From Octopus sinensis (taxonomy: Eukaryota), in assembly GCF_006345805.1 (NCBI RefSeq), contig NW_021836107.1:1-25982 (forward strand): a stretch of 25,982 nt of DNA. The letters run 5' to 3'. Below are positions 8,931 to 24,390 of this stretch, piece after piece (positions within the stretch are counted from its first letter, which is position 1; every line of letters starts with the position of its first letter). The position numbers were made by a program, and so were the translations under genes. The notes under the pieces were generated by a model that saw nothing but the letters and a program-made list of their open reading frames with translations, did no database searches and was not told the origin of the DNA.

Positions 8931-9251
8931 TACTCCGTCGGTTACGACGACGAGTGTTCCAATTGATCCGGTCAACGGAACCGCTTGCTCCTGAAATTAA
9001 CGTGCAAGTGACTGAGTATTCCACAGACACGTATACACTTAACGTAGTTGTCAGGGAGATTCAGCATAGCACAGAATGTGACAAGGCTAGCCCTTTGAAA
9101 TACGGGTACAACCCATTTTTGCCAGCTGAGTGGACTGGAGCAATGAGAAATATAGTGTTTTGCTCAAAGAGACAACGCGCCGCCGGGAATTGAACTGTCG
9201 ACCTGACGATCGTGAGCCGAATTCCCTAATCACTTAACCACGCGCCTTCAC
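8931..9251 (-). mobile_element. tRNA-derived SINE, family F, nested in a family B tail
   Basis: Minus head GTGAAGGCGCGTGGTTAAGTGATTAGG..AGTTCAATTCCC; the host tail (TT)GTGC|(CTT)GTGCTTATAGTAGAAAG is split on either side. Confidence 0.8.
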
Positions 9252-9338
9252 CTTGTGCTTATAGTAGAAAGAATTATCATCATTGTTGTTCTTCTTATAG
9301 TTGCAGTTTTAAATTTTTTGTTACTATACTAGTAATAA

Positions 9339-9636
9339 GGAGGCACATGGCCTAGTGGTTAGCGCAGTGGACTCGCGGTCGAAGGATCGTGGGTTCAAAT
9401 CTCAGACCGGGCGATGTGTGTGTGTTTATGAGCGAAACACCTAAGTTCCACGCTGCTCCGGCAGAAGGTAATGGCGAACTTCTGCTCTTTCGCCACAACT
9501 TTCTCTCACTCTTTCCTCCTGCATCTTGCAGCTCACCTGCGACGGACCGGCGTCCCGTCCAGGTGGGGAACCTCTACGCCAAGGAAACCAGGAAGCCGGC
9601 CCTAATGAGCCAGGCATGGTTCGAGAAGGAACAAAC
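9339..9636 (+). mobile_element. Full-length tRNA-derived SINE, family D, with 11-bp TSD
   Basis: A box TGGCCTAGTGGTTAG, B box GGGTTCAAATCTC; ATACTAGTAAT at 9326-9336 and 9637-9647. Confidence 0.9.
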
Positions 9637-9649
9637 ATACTAGTAATTA

Positions 9650-10030
9650 CGGCTTCAAATATTGGCACAAGACTAGATATTTAGGGGTAGGATGTAAGAC
9701 GATCATATCGTCCCCCAGTACTCCATTGGAACTTATTTTATTTACCTCGAAAGGATGAAGTGCCTCGCCGGAATTTGAACTCAGAACGTAAAGACCTCAG
9801 CGGAATTTGAACACATTCTGCCATCTCGCTACCTTTTTTTCAAATTTCAGGAGATGGGGTAAGATGGTCACATCGATCCCAGTACTAAACTGGTATTTAT
9901 TTTATCGAGTCTGAAAGGAATAAAGGCAAAGTCGACCTCGGCGGATTTTGAACCTAGAACGTAAAGACAGACCAAATGTCACGAAGCATTTTGCCCGGCG
10001 TGTTAACAATTCAGCCAGCTCACCGCCTTC
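9650..10030 (-). mobile_element. Two family B SINE copies (approx. 9650-9832 and 9838-10030)
   Basis: Reverse-complement B modules GAAAGGA(A)TAAAGGCAAAGTCGACCTCGGCGGA and GCCAGCTCACCGCCTTC. Confidence 0.75.
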
Positions 10031-10236
10031 GCTGTACTAGTTATAATAATTTATATGATGGTAATAGGATGATAAAACCAGTTGAGCACTGGGGTTGACA
10101 TAATGGACTTCCCCGCTCCCTTCTAAATTGCTGGCCCTGCGCCAAAAATTAGAATAAAATACTGGTGTTGTTAATGGTGACAATGACAGCAGAATTGGTG
10201 GAGCTAATAAACATATTTAGCGATAGTCTCGACATT

Positions 10237-10883
10237 TTTTTGTGCGCCCTTTTCAAGCCTAGCCAGGTTCATGGACCCGGTTTCCCGGTTTCCATTGCGT
10301 ATGTGTTCGACCCAGCTGGACGGGACGCCAGTCCATTGCAGCGTTACTCAAGAAACAGGAAGATAGAGTGAGAGAAAGTTGGGGCGAAAGAGTACAACAG
10401 GGATCGCCACCACCACCACCCCTGCCGGAGCCTTGTGGAGCTTTAGGTGCTTTCGCTCAATAAACACACACAACGCCCGGTCTGGGAATCGAAACCGCGA
10501 TCCCATGGGCCCGGTTTCCCGGTTTCTATCGCGTATCTGTTCCCCCCCTCCCAGCTGGACGGAACCACTGGGCCATTGCGCCTCCACTGCGCCTTTTAAA
10601 GCCTAGCCAGGCTCATGGGCCCGGTTTCCCGGTTTCTATCGCGTATCTGTTCCCCCCCTCCCAGCTGGACGGAACGCAATTCCATCGCAGCATTACTCAA
10701 GAAACAGGAAGAAAAAGTGAGAGAAAGAGTACAAAAGGGGTCGCCACCACCCCCTGTCGGAGCCTCGTGGAGCTTTAGGTGTTTTCGCGCAATAAACACA
10801 CACAACGCCCGGTCTGGAAATCGAAACCGCGATCTTCCGACCGCGAGTCCGCTGCCCTAACCACTGGGCCATTGCGCCTCTAC
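10237..10883 (-). mobile_element. Head-to-tail family D SINE dimer under a single 12-bp TSD
   Basis: AGTCTCGACATT at 10225-10236 and 10884-10895; monomers approx. 10243-10585 and 10587-10881. Confidence 0.85.
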
Positions 10884-10899
10884 AGTCTCGACATTAGAT

Positions 10900-14213
<3,314 letters not shown>

Positions 14214-14803
14214 CAGAGACGGAATGAGAGAGAGGAAAGAGTGAAAATGTATAACTATATGTGTTTATGCATATATACATATATATATACATGCCTGTCT
14301 ATACATAGACAGACACAGTCATACATACATGCATACATGTGCTGTTGCGTATTATTTCAGATTTGCTTTACCTCTGTGAAAAACTGTATCAAATAGACTT
14401 TCCATTGTTTCCTTACCGCCGTCCTCCTTTCACATCTTCGTATTGCCCTTTCAACACACGTTTCTTCTTTCTCTTTGTTACTGTTTCTTTCTTTCTTTTC
14501 TTTTCTTTTTTATTCCTATTTTCTTTTGGTTATCACAATTTCCATGTCTTGGTCGTTGTCCTTACTGCTGTTAATGTTAAAAATAAAGTTTATCCGGTAT
14601 CTTATCAGTTACGGTCTTTTACGTTCTAAGTTCAGATCAATCAGTGACTGAGTGCGCCTTTTATTCATCCTAGGCTGACATGATATAGTACCTGTTGATC
14701 AATGATGTCTGAATGTTATAACTGAATGTTTCTTCTTTCAAAATGTTAAACAAATAATCTTAACTATAACCCAAATCTCAACCCAGCAAAAGAAATAATA
14801 ATC

Positions 14804-15032
14804 AAAGGTCCTTTCCGGGCGATAGGTTCCTAAGGCCGGTTCCCTGGATTGTGAGGCGTATATATTCGCCCCTGGACGGGACGTCGGTCTGTTGCAAAAT
14901 TACACATTTTTGCCAGCTGAGTAAACTGGGGCAATGCTCAAGATATAAATGCAATGTCCGGTCCAGGAATCGAAACTACAATCTTACGATCATGAATTCA
15001 ACACCCTTAGCCACTAAGCCATGCGCCTCCAC
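14804..15032 (-). mobile_element. tRNA-derived SINE, family E type
   Basis: Minus head GTGGAGGCGCATGGCTTAGTGGCTAAGG..AGTTTCGATTCCTGGACCGG; related to 19170-19429. Confidence 0.8.
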
Positions 15033-15291
15033 TACCTAAACCCATATCTAAGCCTAAAACTAACCTTAACCCTAAACCAGAGCTTAAACTTACTCCTAAA
15101 CCTTAATCCTTACTCTAAACCTAATCTTGCCCATAACAGTGTCACATTAATTCTGTCTGAGAATTATAAGGGTAAACGTGTATGTGGTATACTCAGCCAT
15201 TTACAAGTTTAATTCAACGGGTAGGTCACGCTTATTTGCACAATTTGAACATATGTCTTCGAAATTAAGAGGGATTCAAATATTTATATTT

Positions 15292-15767
15292 ATACCGCTA
15301 AGCATTTCGCCCGGCGTGCTAATGTTTCTTATTTCTTTACTGCCCACAAGGGGCTACACACAGAGGGGACAAACAAAGGCAGACAAACGGATTAAGTCGA
15401 TTATATCGACCCCATTGCGTAACTGGTACTTATTTAATTGACCCCGAAAAATGAAAGGCAAAGTCGACGTCGGCGGAATTTCAACTCAGAACGTAGCGGC
15501 GGACGAAATACCTATTTCTTTATTACCCACAAGGGGCTAAACATAGAGGGGACAAACAAGGACAGACATAGGTATTAAGTCGATTACATCGACCCCAGTG
15601 CGGAACTGGTACTTAATTTATCGACCCCGAAAGGATGAAAGCAAAGTCGACCCCAGCGGAATTTGAACTCAGAACGGAGCGGCAGGCGAAATACCGCTAA
15701 GCATTTCGCCCGGCGTCGCTACGCATTTCGTCCGGCGTGCTAACGTTTCTGCCAGTTCGCCGCCTTC
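15292..15767 (-). mobile_element. Family B (long-tail) SINE multimer, 183-bp period
   Basis: One head at ~15767, two body/tail units starting at 15330 and 15513, and a third partial head repeat at 15292-15329. Confidence 0.85.
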
Positions 15768-16185
15768 GATTACTATCGCAAACAGCAGTAGCTTTCTTCA
15801 AACGAATACACGTTGTTGATTGGTTGATATTACCCAAATACAACAACTTTAACACGAAATAACATCTAAAATACAAAATAAACCGTGTTCTACGTGTGAA
15901 ATTCCACCAATAATCGAAGTTTCAGACTGTTTAGTTAAAAAAAATAATTAAAAATCTCTGATTGAAATGGAATAGATCCGTGACACCTTGAGCAAATGCT
16001 TTCTACTATTGCCGCGGACCAATCAACGTCCTGTGATTGAATTTAGTAGACAAAAACTGAATGTGTGTGTTTGTATGTGAGTGTGCGTGTGTCTGTGTGT
16101 GTTGGCTACTATTTGCCCCTTAAGAGCCTATCAATTTTATTGCTGCCACCACAAGCAGCAAATCTATTATTTAATCTCTAAAACC

Positions 16186-16225
<40 letters not shown>

Positions 16226-16369
16226 TTTTTTTGCATGACACAGAATATCCTCGGACTTTGCGACTTGCCATGTACCACTAGCGGTTTCAGGCCCTTCTTT
16301 TTTATTATTTTTTTTTACTTCTGACCAGCCTCGGAGCAAGGTAGTTGATAGTTCAACACCAAAAGTGAT

Positions 16370-16462
16370 ATCAACAGCAGCAGCAACAACAACAACAACA
16401 CCAATAGCAACAGCAACAGCAGCAACAATAACAAAGTCAGTAGCAGCATCAATACCAACACC

Positions 16463-16494
<32 letters not shown>

Positions 16495-16546
16495 CGAGAA
16501 CAGCAATAGCAACAAATGCAGTAACAACAACTGCAACAACAACAGC
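16370..16546. repeat. (AAC/AGC)n low-complexity tract
   Basis: Direct reading. Confidence 0.9.
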
Positions 16547-16929
16547 AGTAATTTTGCTCTACATCCCTATGAGGGGGGGTGTCTTAAGAGCTTACTATTT
16601 TTATTGGTACTCCCTGTTACTCCCGGCGATTTTCCACTTTTTATTCTTTTTTATTTTTGTTGTTTTTGGGGTTTTTTTTATTTTTGTCTTTTGTTTTGTC
16701 TGGACAGAATAACCCTCAGATTTTGCGACCATGTACGCTTATGTACCACTAGCACTTTCTGTCCCGCACCGCTCACTGGGCCGACCTCAGCACTGAACCT
16801 TTGGTGGAGGATACCTCACGACGGAATGCTATGGTTGGACACAAGTGCCTAGACACTTGTACTCTGGCACAGCTGACTGGACATTAAACCTGTTTTGGCA
16901 GCGGTACTGTTTGGTACTGGAAGCAAACG

Positions 16930-16971
<42 letters not shown>

Positions 16972-16993
16972 CGCGTAAAAATATACAAATATG

Positions 16994-17410
16994 GGTAAAG
17001 CAGGAGTGGCTGTGTGGTATGTAGCTTGCTTACGAACCACATGGTTCCGGGTTCAGTCCCACTGCGTGGTACCTTGGGCAAGTGTCTTCTACTATAGCCT
17101 CGGGCCGACCAAAGCCTTGTGAGTGGATTTGGTAGACGGAAACTGAAAGAAGCCTGTCGTATATATGCATATTATATACATGCGTGTGTGTGTTTGTGCG
17201 TCTGTGTTTGTCCCACCAACATCGCTTGACAACCGACGCTGGTGTGTTTACGTCCCTGTAACTTAGCGGTTCGGCAAAGGAGACCTATAGAATAAGTACT
17301 AGTCTTACAAAGAATAAGTCCTAGGATCGATTTGCTCGACTAAAGGCGGTGCCTCCAGCATGGCCGCAGTCAAATGACTGAAACAAGTAAAAGAGTTAAA
17401 GAGTAAAGAG
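16994..17410 (+). mobile_element. Near full-length SINE, family A
   Basis: Matches 1054-1479 throughout, from GCAGGAGTGGCTGTGTGGTA to CAAATGACTGAAACAAGTAAAAGAG. Confidence 0.88.
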
Positions 17411-18039
17411 AGAGAGATAGAGGATGAGAAAGGGTTTGAGGGAAGAACAGTGGGAAATGGCGAGAACAAGAGAAAACACTGAAACGTCTAATGTCAAATA
17501 AGTCAACATCGAATCAGCAACGCCATAGAGGCGACGCCAAACTACTGAACCACAACATCTCATACCCACCTCTGGCATATTCGTAGGGTTAGTTTTTTTT
17601 CTTTTTTTTTTTTTCTTTGCACCCTGCTCGACAAAAGTCTTGAGTAAATTCGTATGTTCCCTTGTCATCTATTTCATTTGTTGCCTCTCCTTTACCGCCA
17701 TCTTTGTCAGATCTCCCTTGCGAGAAGCGACGTTAACACAAAGATACTGTCGTTGTTATGATGATATACGTTGGTTTCCGGCCGAAATTGTCAATATCGT
17801 CCATTGATACCAATATTATTATTTCATTATTTTGTCACTATTTTCTGCGTGATTATCAAGAATTTTTTTGTTAATGTGTTAATGTTTCTCCAGACACTGT
17901 CCAATTCGTCTTTTTCCTTTCTCTTTATTTTATTTTATTTTATATTATCTTATTTTGGTCTTCAAACTTAATTCATTTTATTGGTAGGCGTGTCTTTCAA
18001 TCTCCTAAATAGTATGCTCGCTACCGCCATTATCAGACC

Positions 18040-18350
18040 TCCTCCTCCTTCTACTACTGCTGCTGCTGCCACAACTACTACTTGTACTGCTACTTCTGCT
18101 ACTACTGATACTACTACTGCTGCTGCTGCTGCCACTTCTACTACTACTTATACTAGCTCTACTACTTATATTATTTCTACTCCTACGACATCTTGTACTA
18201 CTACTAATACTAATACTAATCCTACTACGAGTTCTTGTTCTACTACTACTACTACTACTACAACAACTACTACAACTACTACTAATACTACTACTACTAC
18301 TACTACCACTACTACCACTACTACTACTACTACTACTATTACTACTACAG
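18040..18350. repeat. (ACT/GCT)n low-complexity tract
   Basis: Direct reading; produces poly-Thr/Ser/Val ORFs. Confidence 0.9.
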
Positions 18351-19169
18351 ATGTAGCCATATAATCGATTAACTATTTTGCAGAGCGATAAAAGTAATAT
18401 ATCAATTTTTCCACCCTCAGAAGAGGGATCAGGGTTAAGGTTTGACATCTCACCTCGTCCTTCAGACATTTGCCACACGATTTAGAAACCAAAAACACGC
18501 ACTCTTTAGGTTGTAATTCAAATTCATTACAGAATTGGTTGTGAGGGGCCAGCATAAGACGTTAAACTGCATCGGGTAGCGGAGATTTGGTACGGAAGTT
18601 CCAAGGTTTTGAGGAACGTAGGACCACCTCTTAGCCACTATTTTTCCCTGGTCTACTCTGAGCCGGAGTAGTAACACCTGTCAGGGTCCCGGCTATGAGT
18701 TAACTAGCATGTGTACCACCCGCTTCAGATCCAGGCTACGTCTACTCCGATAATCGGCCGTAACTTGATCAGCGAATCCTCCGCGACCGTCGACAATCGA
18801 CGGCGAAATGAGCTACTGTTGATCACACTACCCCCAAAGAGCGTATGCATGTGACTGGGGGCCACATGTGAATTTGTATTCCCACTGAACCTCCGAACAT
18901 GAACTCTACACCTCAACAACGAATGACGACTACGGCTACAGCGTCCGTGCTATCAGATGTGCTTGCTCTCCCAGTGAGACATTTGTCAAGTTTGCAAGGT
19001 GGAATTTTGAACCGCATGCAGAAGTATTACCTTTCCTGCTGGAACATTAGGGTTGATCATCTGATGTATTCAGCATTCGTGAGGGACGAGGAGAACACGT
19101 TGGTCGGAGCCGGCTCAACCCAGCTCACGCGAACGCCACCGCAAATAAAACTAAGTAATAATAAGGAGT

Positions 19170-19429
19170 GTGAAGGCGCGTGGCTTAGTGGTTAGGGTGT
19201 CGGCTTCATGATCGTAAGATTGTAATTTCGATTCCTGGACCGGGCGACGCGTTGTGTTATTGAGCAAAACACTTCATTTCACGTTGCTCCAGTCCACTCA
19301 GCTGGCAAAAATGAGTAACGCTGCGATGGACTGGCGTTCCGTCCGGCTGGGGAACACATACGCCATAGAAGCCGGGAAACCGGGCCCATGAGCCTGGCTA
19401 GGCTTTAAAAGGGCGCATTTATTTATTTT
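19170..19429 (+). mobile_element. Full-length SINE, family E (F-like head, D-like tail), with 14-bp TSD
   Basis: TAATAATAAGGAGT at 19156-19169 and 19430-19443; head GAAGGCGCGTGGCTTAGTGGTTAGG; tail GAGCCTGGCTAGGCTTTAAAAGGGCGCA shared with the 10237 dimer. Confidence 0.9.
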
Positions 19430-19810
19430 TAATAATAAGGAGTAAGGTCTAAGTGCATGATTAATTGTATGTCCCAAAAAAAGTTAAAATAATATTTGTT
19501 TCCAATTTAGGTACAAGGCTAGCGTTCGGAGCCTAGGACTTTGCATTATTTTATTGGTCCAAAAAGAATGAAATGCAAAGTTGATCTCGATTGGATTTGA
19601 ACTTTAGGTTTTAATAGATTTAATCCTTTGCTTTGACAATGTAATGGTCAAAGATATAAAGTCCAGTATTTAGGAACTTAATGACTGGGTGTGTCACCTT
19701 AGAGAGAAACATACAAACCAACAACCTCCACACCTAACCAAATTCTTTTGTGAACATCAAAGCACAGGAGAAACAATTTTATATATCAATAACACCATGA
19801 CAGGCCTGAA

Positions 19811-20026
19811 TAATCCTTTCTGCAAAAGGCACAAGGCCTGAAATTTGGGGGAGGGGACCAGTCGATTACATTGACCCCAGTACTCAACTGGTACTTAATT
19901 TATCGATCCCGAAAGGATGAAAGGCAAAGTCGACCTCGGTGGAAATTGAACTCAGAACGTAGACAGATGAAATATCGCTAAGCATTTCGCCTGGCGTGTT
20001 AATGATTCTGCCAGCTCGCCGCCTTA
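19811..20026 (-). mobile_element. Full-length family B (short-tail) SINE
   Basis: Minus: TAAGGCGGCGAGCTGGCAGAATC..GTTCTGAGTTCAATTTCCACCGAGGTCGACTTTGCCTTTCATCCTTTCGGGATCGATAAA..CAGGCCTTGTGCC. Confidence 0.85.
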
Positions 20027-20065
20027 TGAAGCGGAAGAAATTGAGATAAAAATATATAAGGGATG

Positions 20066-20432
20066 GCAAGCGCAGGTGTGACTGTGTGGAGAGAAGTGGT
20101 GAGAAGTGCGGTGGAACTATATGGTTCCGGGTTCAGTTCCAATGCGTGGCACCTTGGGCAAGTGTGTTGTGAGCAGATTTCGCCAGGCGTGCTAAAGTTT
20201 CTTATTTCTTTATTGCCCGCAAGGGTCTAAACATAGAGGGGAAAACAAGGACAGACAAAGGGATTAAGTCGATTACATCGACCCCAGTGCGTAACTGGTA
20301 CTTAATTTATCGACCCGAAAGGATGAAAGGCAAAGTCGACCTCGGCGGAATTTGAACTCAGAACGTAGACAGTCAAAATATCGCTAAGCATTTCGCCCGG
20401 CGTGCTAACGACTCTGCCAGTGCGCCGCCTTA
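20066..20432. mobile_element. Family A head (+, approx. 20066-20165) abutting a long-tail family B SINE (-, 20177-20432)
   Basis: GGTTCCGGGTTCAGTTCC..CACCTTGGGCAAGTGT, then a B copy with the terminal head repeat as at 15292. Confidence 0.8.
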
Positions 20433-20640
20433 TACATGATTGAATAATAACCACCAATGTCCAACTGAAAATAGGAATTACCCTTAAATAACAACAAGTA
20501 AAAAAAGACTGACCAGCTAAAACATGCCACCTACTTACGTTCTTTTGTGAACCCCTAAAAAATTCCATTACATGGTGCCCCAGCATGGCCGCGGCCTTCG
20601 GGCTAAAACATTTTTAAGGATTTAAGGATACCTAGTTATA

Positions 20641-21009
20641 AAGTTTCTAAATAGTAGTCTTCGTACCTTTGATCTTTACAAAAGGATTAAATTCAATAAA
20701 ACCAAAGATACTTAAACTACTAACACATCCTGTGCCTATCTAAGAAAGGAACACACTTAGACATACAGTCTTGCTTACAAAGTTCTACATATATGAATAA
20801 ATTCTAAATAAGATAACCCAAAATTTAATCAAGAAAATTTCTCCAAAACACTTCCCCATAACAATCAACACTGAAACTTAGTTACCACCCCATTCAAATC
20901 CACATCGGAAAGGAAGGCTTAAACCAAACAGAAACTACATAAAACCAAGATTAACTATCATGCATCGCAGTCCGACGGTGACTTGAATGGTCGAAACTTC
21001 GAAGCCACT
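20641..21009 (+). mobile_element. Possible highly decayed Penelope-type endonuclease C-terminus plus HHR-like motif
   Basis: Stop-riddled frame RTFDLYKRIKFNK..KEHT..KVLHI..NPKFNQ, loosely like PLE GIY-YIG C-termini; HHR-like motif at 20969-21009. Confidence 0.4.
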
Positions 21010-21053
21010 ATCAACAACGTTCTTGTTTCAGAATTACATATATATGATGTATA

Positions 21054-21396
21054 CGAGCAAAACGCCCCCCGTCCAATGGACGGTGCTGAGTTGTCAAACA
21101 TTTAAACCAAATTTTCTCCAAAACAACTTGTCCGACCGTCCCATAGGCCTCCCTTTTGATAAACACTGATTTAACCTAAATTTGAGACACCAGCAAAAGA
21201 AGAAATAAAGATAGACTTTTTTTCTATTCCAAGAAAACGATTTTACAAATGCACGTTCCCACGGCTTTATCGATCGCATTCTCACCTGGAATCGATTTTT
21301 GTAATTTTTTCAAAACTTATACACGCCCTGATACCGTCGGTATCTACATATCAAATTTGAGCGCAATCGGATGGAGGATGCCCGAGATCCAAGAAG

Positions 21397-21427
<31 letters not shown>

Positions 21428-21454
21428 TAGACAGAACGGATTTTATATAATAGA
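21054..21454 (-). mobile_element. Non-autonomous Helitron
   Basis: Minus 5' A|TCTATTATATAAAATCCGTTCTGTC, internal (TG)n, subterminal hairpin CCGTCC-AAT-GGACGG (21069-21083), 3' end CTCG|T (variant of CTRR). Confidence 0.7.
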
Positions 21455-21503
21455 TATATATAGAGAGGGGGAGAGAGAAATGGGTGAGAAATATAAACAA
21501 ACA

Positions 21504-22780
<1,277 letters not shown>

Positions 22781-22821
22781 GGAAAAAAAGAGTACTCAAA
22801 TACCAGACGTAGAGCAATATG

Positions 22822-22995
22822 CTTTACTGTAAAGCAACAGAAATATCACGAAAAGCTGTTACTCAGAGTTTCACGTTCCTGTTCGTCGGACAGTTTTGTT
22901 AGAATGGTTCCATTCTAAGAAAATTGCCCGACGAACGGGAACGTGAAACTCTGAGTAACAGCTTTTTGTGATATTTCTGCTACTTTCAATAAAAG
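22822..22995. repeat. ~174-bp near-perfect palindrome (foldback/MITE-like)
   Basis: 22838-22907 vs reverse complement of 22910-22979: 65/70 identical, 2-nt TT spacer; weaker symmetry extends to 22822/22995. Confidence 0.9.
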
Positions 22996-23201
22996 ATATA
23001 TATGTGCGTGTGTGTGTGTGTGCGTGTGTGTGTGTGCCTGTGTATGTGTGTATGTGTGTGTGTATGTATGTATGTATGTATGTATGTATGTATGTATGCA
23101 TGTATGTATGTATATGTATATATGTGTGTGTGCGCGTTTGTGTGTATATATATTATTTATATTATTACATATACATATACATACATATATGTATTTGTAT
23201 G

Positions 23202-23250
<49 letters not shown>

Positions 23251-23678
23251 TATATTAATATATATGGTGTGTGTGTGCGTGCGTGCGTGCGTGTATGTGT
23301 GCGTGTGTGCGTGTGCGCGTGTACGTGTGAGAGAGAGAGTATTATGCTTTTAAAATCTCTGAAATACACATGCATTTTTTGCGTTAATCCTTCTTTCCTA
23401 CAGTTTTTCTTTGCTCTTCTATGTCAAAAATGCACACGATACTGCAGTCAATGCATTTTGCATGCTGCGCAGTTTCTGTACAACAGATTTCAAAGAAATT
23501 TTCTTACTGACTCGACATGGCTCCGTAGTTAAGAAGCTCACTTTCCGAACACATAGTTTCGGGTTCAAAGACACTGCGCATCACCTTGGTCAAGTGTCTC
23601 CTGCTATAACCCACGGCCGACCAACGGCATGCTAACGATTCTACCAAGTCGCCACCTTAGTAATTAATAATAATATAA

Positions 23679-23713
<35 letters not shown>

Positions 23714-23715
<2 letters not shown>

Positions 23716-24246
23716 GTGGCTCTCATGGTTTCTGATCTTAACTGATTCGAAGTGTTATCATGTACATTGTTTTGTCTTGATATAAAGATGGGCTACAGCA
23801 AATATTCTGCTCAATACTACAGATTTGCTTGTCAGTTGTTTGACCTTAACCAGTTGAGCATATCCCTTAGTGGCTGACGATATGTGCATCTCTGATCACG
23901 AGCAGAAGTAGTGGGGGAGCATCATAGCCGTGTGTTGAGAGGGATTCTTTGGAGTTTGAATAATTCACCTCTGGAAACATTGGTGTTTCGTTCAACCTCC
24001 TTAAACAACCCTTATTCAGGGACCTTTTGATGGGATGGGCTACTCGACCAGAAGAAAATTCTAACTGGGCCCCACCTGCAAGGTCATGTGCTGTTTATCT
24101 TGATATGAGATCACCATGATGCGCACATATGGTTGTGATGCATGTGCCTGGTGTACCCTTATCAGATGGGTAGTCATGATGGGTATGCCGGGCTTCGTAT
24201 ATTTTACCCCAGTGTCACTTTGATGGCATGCACTGCTCTCTCACTC
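23714..24246 (+). mobile_element. Non-coding repeat embedded in (AAT)n, probably a LINE 3' UTR fragment
   Basis: Ends GCACTGCTCTCTCACTC directly followed by (AAT)n and is preceded by (AAT)n; no ORF; class assignment is inference. Confidence 0.4.
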
Positions 24247-24313
<67 letters not shown>

Positions 24314-24390
24314 TCTGGTTTTATTGGCCACACGGGCTAATATAAATCAAAAACATAAAAGGACAAACACAATAATAATAATATTTTTAA

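Noticed and set aside
8759-9193. 144-aa ORF with a hydrophobic N-terminus
   Set aside because: Made entirely of a family B SINE fragment and an antisense family F SINE.
9339-9410. tRNA gene (A and B boxes present), likewise other SINE heads
   Set aside because: No complete cloverleaf; continues into a SINE body with a TSD.
15292-15767. CRISPR-like regular repeats
   Set aside because: Units are ~183-bp SINE bodies without unique spacers, in a eukaryotic context with no cas genes.
16329-16340. 12-nt microexon candidate (CAG|CCTCGGAGCAAG|GTAGTT), and a 38-nt candidate at 11332-11369
   Set aside because: Weak donor for the first, low-complexity context for the second, and no way to chain them into a gene; expected by chance.
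17600-17730. Minus peptide RSD-x24-CRAGC with the same spacing as RSD-x24-CESGC at ~6.95 kb; hevein-like Cys spacing in the latter
   Set aside because: Intervening residues are unrelated, the frame is stop-bounded and runs into poly-A, and the hevein S-x2-G-x-C-G motif is absent; probably coincidence.
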